Of a DNA stretch of 64,000 nucleotides, positions 54,888 to 64,000 are shown one piece after another; the first letter of the stretch is position 1; each line of letters opens with the position of its first letter. The notes beneath the pieces were generated by a model. It saw only the letters and a list, made by a program, of their open reading frames with translations, searched no databases and was not told the DNA's origin. Made by a program: the position numbers and the translations under genes. The stretch lies in the NCBI RefSeq assembly GCF_006345805.1, contig NC_043014.1:49166001-49230000 (forward strand), in the 5' to 3' direction. Source of the DNA: Octopus sinensis (taxonomy: Eukaryota).

Positions 54888-56794
54888 TATTATTATCTGA
54901 GATTCCCAAAACAGTTTTTATTATTTCTTAATTATTTTACTTCTCCAATCTCGACTGTTTTAGAATTTTAGAATTTTTTCGTAACACAACCATAATAAGA
55001 GAAGAATAACCGATCCTAGATTTGGTAGCGTAGCATCATCTAGTTATTAGCTTTCGAAAATGTTGTGGGGAAAATGAATTCCATTGTTTATTTAAATGGT
55101 TTTTCAGTTTCATTAAACACACATACACAAATGTATATACACTCTCACACGTTCTCCAGAGTCTACAGTGGGGTATACATACTCACGCACGCACACAGTC
55201 GAGTAATGGTAAAGGGTGTGCGTGTGCACACGCAGAGTCAGAAACGCACGCACACACTTGATCGGGCGTGCGCACACAAAAACACACTCACACACAGAGA
55301 ATGTCTTCAATCTTATGCATTGTCAACTTGCCAAATACTTCTTACGTAGAATGTTTCCACAATAGAAAAGTTTCAAATTTTCTAAATAACCGATCCAATT
55401 TCTTTTCGAACCTATGATAAATTTGATAACCTGATATTATCCAAGCAATTACCCAAGCTACTAGAGGTCAAAAACTCCCTGGGATCTTTTCGGTTTGAAC
55501 GGCAGTTTTTAACATAATTTCTAGGAAATTAAAAAATTTTAAACTTCGTATACTGGTAGAATGTGTTTATAAAACATCTTTTTCTCTTGGCTTTATTGAG
55601 AAAATTCTATAGTTTGTAAGATATTTGTTGTTTCTTTTCTTCAATTTCTGCAATTTCAACCAATCAGTGACGTCTATTGAGTTAAAAAGCATTGTGTGCC
55701 GTATGAATATGTCCCTCGTTTAAGAAACAGATTGGGTTTATTTACATTTGTGAAGAAAAACAAGATACCCTTCAACCACCCCTAACTAACCCTAACCCTA
55801 AAACAGATTGAAATGCAATAGATCGATACTAGGGTCATAATTTTGGGTGACAATTTCATATGAAACCGCTACAAAAAACTGCCGTTCAAACCGAAGAGAT
55901 CCCAAGCTGCTGCTAGTCTTATGACCGCTACAACAGCAATGAAAGAGATTCATTTTCTGTCGTGTTTTCGTGAGAAAAAAAAAATGAACATCGAAGGGGA
56001 ATAAATCTTTTATGGTTTGTGTATGATAGTTAAGGAAAGGTTGCCGTGATGAATAAAACACGGGAGACAATATATACGTGTGTTCCACAGAGTAATTTCC
56101 CTTGAAATGAAATTGTAAAATTCCTTTTCTTTGTATTAAAATCGAGGGCAGCGTTTATATCTCTAAGTTTTTAGTATAGTGATGCAATTTTATAGAAGAC
56201 TAGCAGTATAACCCGGCGTTGCTCGGGTTTCTTTCGACCCTTTAGGATTGGAATTTTTGAAAGCTACAAATTTTGCATTATGTAGCTTGTTATTCTCTGA
56301 ACATTTTTCTGGTAGAAATACACTGAGAAATGGCGACAGAGCAGTAAAAAAAAATCGTCAAAATTAGGGATTTTCATAGAAAAAAAGCACCTTTTTGATG
56401 TTAACATGCTCCGATTTGAATTTTTTCTTCTACGGAAGGAAGAACAAGCCTTCTTCTATCATACTCTCAATTTTGGTCAACTTGTGCCGCAGGGTCTCGG
56501 AGGAGATAGTGTAGTTGAAGGCTACCAAACCTGCCATACGCAGACAACTTCAGCTTTATATAGAGAGAGATTAATTGTACGGAAATATATAATTTCGCTG
56601 CTTTTCGGAGACGCGCACACACACACATGTATGTATATATGAATATGTATAAATGTGTAGGTGAAAGTGTTTGTGTGCGTGTATATGTGTATGTTATATA
56701 CTTATAGGCTTGGTTGTGAGGTATAAAAGTTGTTTCTCAACCCTGTGCTACTGGGTTCGGTTTCAATGTGCGGCAATTTCAATTTCTGCCTACA

Positions 56795-58009
56795 CAGGGG
56801 TTGGACAAAATAATGGAAACACCTTAACGTTTCAAACAAATTTATTTTAATATGGCAGTAATTTTGATATTTGGCAGTAATTACAAGTTGAATTCTACGA
56901 GATATGGACTTGTGCAAAGTTTGAATTCATTCCAAAGGAATTTTTGTTCAAACAGTCTCCAGTTCTTGTAGTGATGATAGTGGAGGATATCGGCTCCTTC
57001 CTTATTTTTCTAAAATGCACCAATAAGTGTTCAATAATATTGAGACCTGGGGACTGTGGTGGCCATATAAGATGTTCAACCTCACTAAAATGTTCCTCGT
57101 ACCATTCAGTAACAACTTTAGCTGTGTGAATTGGTGCATTATCATTCTGAAAGATTGCATTTCGCTCCGGAAACAGTTCTGCAACCATTGGATGAATTTG
57201 ATCAGATAAAATGCTTCAATAATCTTGACTATTAATTCTGCCATGAAGGAAAAACATTGGGCCAGCAGATTTCCAAGATATAGCCCCCAAAGCTCATCAT
57301 TGCAGATCCTCTTCCATGTTTAATAAAAGAAAGCAGTCTGGGTCAAATGCTTCTTTTGGCTGACTCCACAAGTACACTCGGTGGTCGGAAAAAAGGTAAA
57401 GGATGACTCGTCCAAGAAAATAACATTCATCCACTGCTCTGGGGACCAATTCTGTAGATTTTTTACTCCACTCTAAACGCTTTGCAATGTTTGTTTTTGA
57501 AAGTAGTGGTTTTCTTAACAGTAGCCCTCCCTTGAAATCCTGCCTTTTGTAGCTCCTGGTGAACTGTTCTTGAGGAAACTGGGTTCTCTACAGTAATTTA
57601 GGGAGCTGTACTTTTGTGATTCTTTCTAATAATTTGCATAAGAATCCAACGGTCCCTATCTGGAAGTTTTGGTTTTCTTCTGGAGTTTTGTTTCAACGAG
57701 GAGGTTTTTTTCCTCTTTCTCAAAGGCTGTCATTACTTTCGAGACTTCTTGATACACCAAACATTTCAGCTGTTTTCGTTATGCTAGCGCCTGCTATACG
57801 AGCACCAACAATTTGACCGGTTTGAAAGTCCGATAGATCTGTCATCTTAATGAATTTTAATTACCTTATTTTGATGATATCTGAAAAGAAAAAGCAATTT
57901 TAGCAAAACATATTAAGCAACACTAATAATAAATCAAAAAACATTTTGACGGTTTTATAAATATCTCAAAATTATGATGTTATGATGCTAGGTGTTTCCA
58001 TTATTTTTG
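56795..58009 (-). mobile_element. Tc1 transposon, unit 3
   Basis: Same TIR and DNAPIH/WPPQSP motifs. Confidence 0.9.
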
Positions 58010-58374
58010 CGCGTGTGTGTATGTGTGTGTGAGAGAGTGTTATATCATATTATATTACATAATATAAGTGATCTGCAACAGCCTGTCCATCATATTGTTG
58101 TTGTTGATGATGATGATGATGATGATGCATTTATCACTCTGTCAAACACACCCCTTACATTGTTCTCTCACGTATTTACGCTCAGTTTTCTGTGCGTATA
58201 TTCAAAACATCGAACATTCGAATCCAAAATGCTCAGCCACTACATCAACCGTATCAGACTAGGAAGGTTTGACATTGTTTCATTAACTAAAAATCGAAAA
58301 TTGGAGAATATCTTTTTGTCAATGATAATGTGTGATATCATATTTCATACGCAATCATTTTGTTTTTATTTCAG

Positions 58375-59856
58375 GATGAAGGAAGTAGAAGAGAATCGTA
58401 TAGGGAGAGAATTAAAAGATTTCCAAATGTAATGGAAGAAAGTTTTGAGAAAACCAAAGAAGTTTGGTCGTCTCTCTACAAAAAAGTAGAAAATTCGTTG
58501 AATGATGATATCTTATTTGGTTTAGAAGATGAGATTCGTCAAAAGAACGTCCTAGTATATATTCTGTGGCAGATGAACGATAAATTTTCAGCTGAAAAAT
58601 TAGCCAATGAAGTTCGAGAAAAGAAGCCAGATAACCTGGTGGCATTAACCAACCTTGCATTCATTCATTTGTACGATGGAAATATCCCTGAGGTAAGAAA
58701 CCTTTTGGATAATCTAAGCAAGCTTGAAGAAAGAGAAAATTTCTCGCTGATAGAAGCAGAAGGCAAAAGAAATGTTGCTTATTGTTTAGCTACTATATCT
58801 TTTGAAGATCATGAAAGAGCTGTCGAACTTTACAAAGAGTCTCTCAACGTTTGTCCAGACGATTATCTGTGTATGTTTTCTATTGCTTTGTTGCAATATC
58901 GTTGTTTAAGAAAGAACATAGATAAAGAGAAAAGATGTGAAAATATTAAGGAATCAATACAGTACTTAGAGAAAATACGATGTGCTTTTCCACGCCATAT
59001 TGATAAGGGCCTAATGGGAAGAACATTAGCATTGATTGGTTTGTTTCAACTTAGTCCTTATAATTTTCATAGTCAACCAGCTAAAAAGTATTTTCAGAGA
59101 GCTCTTCATATTTCCCCTGATGACCGCTATGTTTTGGAGAAAAGTGCCTATCATTATATACGTTCAAATCAGCTTGAACAAGGAAGAAAATTGCTTGAAA
59201 AAGCAATTGAAATAAAAGCAACATCATATTCTCATCATCGGCTTGGATTACTTTATCTAAGAATGGATACACCAAAATATACATATGTCCCAATGAACAA
59301 ACAATTCTCAAAAGAAACGAATGTATTTGCGAAAGTTTTAAAACATGCTCAAAGTATTCCTCATAGAGAAAGGAATGAGTTAATCAACAAAGCTGAATAT
59401 CACTTTCAACAAGCTCTTGAACTTTCTCATGAATGTTCAGCTACTCTCTATGATATCATTTTATTATATATGTCTTTGAAAGAATATGACAATGCCAGGA
59501 AGTATTGTGAAAGATTTAAAGCAGATAACAAAATGCAAGATGTTAATTTTAACATTTTGTTTGGAAAATTATGTTTTAAAGAAGCAGATGTAAAAAATGA
59601 TGAAGAAGAAAAAGATCAATTAAGATGTACAGGAATGGATTGGTTTGTTCTGGCTCTTAAATCTGCTGTAAAATTTCTTCCTTTCGACAAAGACCTGATA
59701 GAAATTTGGGAGATAAAGGAAATAATACTTGATTTATATGAGTATGGAAATGGAAATACTGAATACAAAAAATTTGTTTTGGAATTCATTCAGTCAGTAG
59801 AAGACCTTGCCAATGACAAAGCGTTCCAAAATATACTTCACAAGAGTGAATTATAA
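58375..59856 (+). CDS. IFIT/TTC22-like TPR protein, main exon, copy 3 (intact ORF)
   Basis: Acceptor TTTCAG|GAT, 493 codons, same TPR architecture, about 60 aa different from copy 2 (manual count). Confidence 0.88.
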   Translation, partial: DEGSRRESYRERIKRFPNVMEESFEKTKEVWSSLYKKVENSLNDDILFGLEDEIRQKNVLVYILWQMNDKFSAEKLANEVREKKPDNLVALTNLAFIHLYDGNIPEVRNLLDNLSKLEERENFSLIEAEGKRNVAYCLATISFEDHERAVELYKESLNVCPDDYLCMFSIALLQYRCLRKNIDKEKRCENIKESIQYLEKIRCAFPRHIDKGLMGRTLALIGLFQLSPYNFHSQPAKKYFQRALHISPDDRYVLEKSAYHYIRSNQLEQGRKLLEKAIEIKATSYSHHRLGLLYLRMDTPKYTYVPMNKQFSKETNVFAKVLKHAQSIPHRERNELINKAEYHFQQALELSHECSATLYDIILLYMSLKEYDNARKYCERFKADNKMQDVNFNILFGKLCFKEADVKNDEEEKDQLRCTGMDWFVLALKSAVKFLPFDKDLIEIWEIKEIILDLYEYGNGNTEYKKFVLEFIQSVEDLANDKAFQNILHKSEL

Positions 59857-60145
59857 AAGATAAATTGTGTTCATACTTTTCTTATTACTTTCTTTATTGA
59901 TAATACTCAACAATATTTTGAAATTCATTGTTATATATCTCACGTTTTCTGAAGTAATACCAAACACGTTTATCTAAAGCTAAATTTTAAAAATCATATA
60001 AATTTAGACTACTCCTTTCTTTGAAACACAAGATGAATGTAGCAAAGAATTCTACAGGAAATATTACTGCCTTTGTAATGGATGTGGCCCTGAAACCAAC
60101 GTTGAAATGACGTCAGAGCATTCAAAGGATGACGTCATAACTAAC

Positions 60146-60482
60146 TTTCATTTTGACATATCTTAACATCCCCAAACAGTGAAGAAGTGGCAGAAAATAT
60201 TGGAATGAATCTAGAGATATACTTTTGCTTGAAAGTTCCATTTGATAATCGTGACTACATATTGGGATGATGTAAAACTGGAAACCTTTGCATTATACTG
60301 AAACATCGTTGGAATATTGGAATTCTATAAGTAACAACAAAAAATTACTAATTTACACAAAAGACACCAAGTAAATCCTTGAAGATTGACAACCTAAATA
60401 AGGACGATATTTTACTATCAGGAAGCATGAAGCCAGAAATTCCAAAACATTTAAAAAGTTTTCCTCAATTTAAATGGCAATG

Positions 60483-60538
<56 letters not shown>

Positions 60539-60660
60539 AGGGGGAGAGAGAGTGAGAAGAGAGAGAGAGAGAGGAGGGGGAGAGAGAGAGTGAGAGAGAG
60601 AGAAAGAGAGAGAGAGAGAGATGAATAGTTTTAGTTTCCTTTGCAGACTATATTAGTTCG
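60146..60660 (+). pseudogene. Degenerate TIR domain downstream of TPR copy 3
   Basis: In frame: LTSPNSEEVAENIGMNLEIYFCLKVPFDNRDYILG*; later EIPKHLKSFPQFKW. Confidence 0.65.
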
Positions 60661-61728
60661 TGTTCATTAGTGTGCAGATCATTTCATGTGTCTGTATTTT
60701 GGCAATGTCCTATCTAAGAGTTACTGCTGTTGTGGTGGTTCTACATCAGATGTAACTTAACATCGGTGACAGGTCTTGATGATAAACTTTAATACTATTT
60801 TATTATGAAAGCACTAAAGAACTGAATGGCATATTTGGCCCTTGTAAATTGTTTGCCTCTTTTCTGGGACACAAGCAAATAACTGAGGCAGCAAAATCTT
60901 TCAACAGGTTAGCCATATGTGGAAGAGTTGTAACTTTCAGTTAAACGGGCATAAAAGAAATCGATGTAATAAACATCACAGAGAAAATACGTATAAACTT
61001 ATCATCAGATCCTCGTTACTTCCCTGCACTTCCCATAAAAACATGTAAACATTCCACTAACCAAACCACATTAGTTATGTATTAAAACCTTTTAACTTAA
61101 AGAAGAAAATAATGCGGGAGTGCTATGATAGTAGTAGGATGTTGAATGGTCAAGTGACCTAAAAGTGATCACTTGACAATTTTAACATCCTACTACTATC
61201 CTAACATCCTGCATTCTCTTATTATTCTGTCTCTTTCTTCTTCTTCGTCTTCCTCTCCACCACCCCCTTCCTTACTTTACTACTACTGCTGTTTAGAATA
61301 ACATCTACGAAAATATTATAAACAATACATTCAAAAGAGATATCACAAGGATTCAATCACTACTACCATCCACAACAATCCACTTTCTGGGCACAACACC
61401 ATTTAACATCCTACTACTATCATAGCACTCCCATATTATTTCTTCCTCCTCCACCTCCTCCTTCTTCTTCTTCTCTGCCAAGAATTCACAATGACCGCGA
61501 ACCCCCAAGAGTAAACAAGAGAGACAGAGACAGGCAGAAACACGGAAAATGTCCCTTGTATTTGAATACTATGCAAACATTCTTTTAAAGTACTTTTCAT
61601 TTAATTTTTTCAAAATTTAATTGTTTTCTATTGTTGAAAAAGTTGAAAAAGTCTTAATGAATGAAAACGGTAATGAAATGTTTTTTTTATATAATTATTT
61701 TAGCATTTTCTACCTTGACTTTTTTCCA

Positions 61729-61799
<71 letters not shown>

Positions 61800-61980
61800 T
61801 TGTTTTCTAGCTACATGGTTTTGGGTTCAGTCCACTACGTGGCACTTTGGGTAGGTGTCTTTCACTATAGCCCCGAGCTGACCGGAGCTTTGTGATTGAA
61901 TTCGGTAGGTGGAAGTTACTGCCGTGTGTGCATATGTGCGTGTAGGTGCTTGTGCCTCTCCCAAAGAGAGAGAGGGATAT
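61800..61980 (+). mobile_element. Diverged SINE fragment at the unit 3/4 junction
   Basis: GGTTTTGGGTTCAGTCCACTACGTGGCACTTTGGGTAGGTGTCTT. Absent at the equivalent sites ~18030 and ~34270. Confidence 0.7.
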
Positions 61981-62398
61981 ACATATATACATTTTATTAA
62001 CCTTAGCAATTTCACATAAACACACACACACACCCACAGATTCCTCTCAATGACTTCTAATATCATCAATTCACTGGTCAACATATTTCACTACAGATTG
62101 ACAAATGTATTTTCAAGTGCATCGATGTGTGTAAACTAGGTTGCCAAACAGACATGAAACCTGATACCATTGTTCCAACATTTAGCATAAACTCAATGCA
62201 GCCTCACTTGGTTAACATTACTTACAAACACAAACAAGCTATTCCAATTTGTTCTCCTCTTTCTTATAATATCTCGTTCATGTCTAACCCCTGCCATTTT
62301 CCCAATAAATAAAGGAAATTTATTTCATTTCATAAACTGAAAATATCGGAAAGTTTTCATTAAATATAAATTCGAAAATTTGAAAAGAAATTTAATAG

Positions 62399-63303
62399 TG
62401 ATATGGGGTAATTCGGAGAAAGAGTGCTTGTGGCCTGGTTCTGTGGTTTGGCGCCAGGTAGACGGATAAAGCCTTTGTCCTGTCAATTTTTAGAGAAATT
62501 AATGAGTTTGGAAAATACCTCAGACCCTTTTCCGGTCAAGCAAAGTTTAAGAAACCACCCTTTAAAATGCGGTGAGCTGTGAGTTTGTTGGTCAGTTCTG
62601 TCTGAGACGGTGAGTTGGCAACAGGTGCAGTCGGGAGTGGCTATGACAGGGATGATAGTCATGGCGAGAAAGACAGGCAGATAGCATTGGGGGCATGTAG
62701 AGCGAAAGAGAGGGATTACGGCGAAAAGGCATGGCTATTGTAGTAGGAGTTTGTAACGGTATGTTTTGTTTATGTTTAAATTGTGAACTGTGTTGAAAAG
62801 AAAAAGAATTGTGTCAAAAAAAGAGAACTGTGAATTGAGGAAAAGAGGAAGAAAAGAAAGAAAAAAGAACATTGTGTTAAAAAGAAAAAGAAAGAAAGAG
62901 AAAGACTTTAATGTTGAACTGTTTCGAACTCTATATTGCATCAAAACATTAATGTTTTGATTGTTTCCGGACGTTCTGTATTGTGCATGCCTTTTGTTGC
63001 TTTCTTTTTTAAATTCTGTTGCAGGTTATTTTCTTAAATGTATCTGATATGTTTCACGTTTTATTTGATGTTGTAATAATTGTATAAACTGTTGTTAAGC
63101 GTTAAGCAATTGCCTTCTGCCGTCTCTCTCTTTTCTTCCTGTTGTTGTTGTTGTTGTTGTTATCTCCAGTCGCCGGTTCGAGTTCGCTGCCATCCCCCAC
63201 AACCGTTTTCTCTGTGGCGGATTCCGTTCGACTGAGCCTGGTGAATCATTGCTCGACTTAGTAGGGTCCCGGGTTCGAGTTGAGCGATGGCAGGTTCGTA
63301 ACA
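62399..63303. mobile_element. Solo LTR, unit 4
   Basis: TG...CA with perfect ATAG TSD. Confidence 0.78.
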
Positions 63304-63755
63304 ATAGCATTGTGTCTACAATATGCCTGTAACAGCACTGGATTTTCCACAATTGACAATAAAAATTAAAATAAAATAAAAATAAAAGTATACAGTTGTG
63401 TTTGATTGTTGTTTTCCTAAAAATTATTCAAAGAAACAGATGTATAAGAAGAAAACAATGAAAGATGAAAAAAAAAATGGAAATCAGATGAATTTCTGAT
63501 GAATTTGATCTCATAGGATACGTATAAGGGAAGGTGATGAGTTGTATGCAGATCTAATATTGAAGAAACAAACCTTCTAGACTCACAAAATACTTAAACT
63601 AAAATATAAGTGTCATTATAGTGGTGGTTGGCTGCAGAGTTTCAAAGTTCGACGTAACTTAATGTTTCATGTAGTGTATGATGAAAGGTATTCAGTGGAC
63701 AAGAAAGCAGCTGTAAAGGTATTGAAGAGTATTTATATATATATGTATTTATATA

Positions 63756-63798
<43 letters not shown>

Positions 63799-64000
63799 CA
63801 AAAGTATAAAATGAATTATAAATATAATATAACTAAGAACACTAAGGTACGTTTCATGGCTACAATTAAATTTGAATTACAATTAAGTTTAAATTCAATT
63901 GAAATAAATTAAAATTAAAATTATAGTCAATCTTCAGGTTAATGATAATAGTTAAATAAATAAGCAAATAGAGTTAAACAATATTTATTTAAGAAATAAA

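Larger units (their letters stand above)
61731..64000 (+). repeat. Start of tandem unit 4 (runs off window)
   Basis: 62127 matches 199 and 18186. The LTR, pogo relic and AT-rich block recur. Confidence 0.93.

Overview
AT-rich animal genomic DNA, most likely an octopus (inferred from the abundant tRNA-derived SINE and the (TA)n/(GA)n microsatellite load). The window is a head-to-tail segmental tandem array: unit 1 ~1-18025, unit 2 ~18026-34266, unit 3 ~34267-61730 (with an internal triplication), and the start of unit 4 ~61731-64000. Each complete unit carries one large phase-0 exon encoding an IFIT/TTC22-like TPR protein (~493 aa). A 17-codon start exon (MAEEMQKITGEMQEILL|GTGAGT) lies several kb upstream, behind a cluster of IRF-element-like motifs. 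A pseudogenised TIR domain follows the stop codon. The TPR exons are much more divergent, mostly non-synonymously, than the near-identical flanking DNA and are mosaic between copies, which suggests a rapidly diversifying innate-immune receptor array. The rest is nested transposon debris: Tx1/L1-type and CR1-type LINEs, a Tc1 element, a pogo/Tigger relic split by a solo LTR, non-autonomous Helitrons, long-TIR elements with 8-bp TSDs, SINEs and a nascent 356-bp satellite. All assignments come from reading the sequence by eye; no searches were run.
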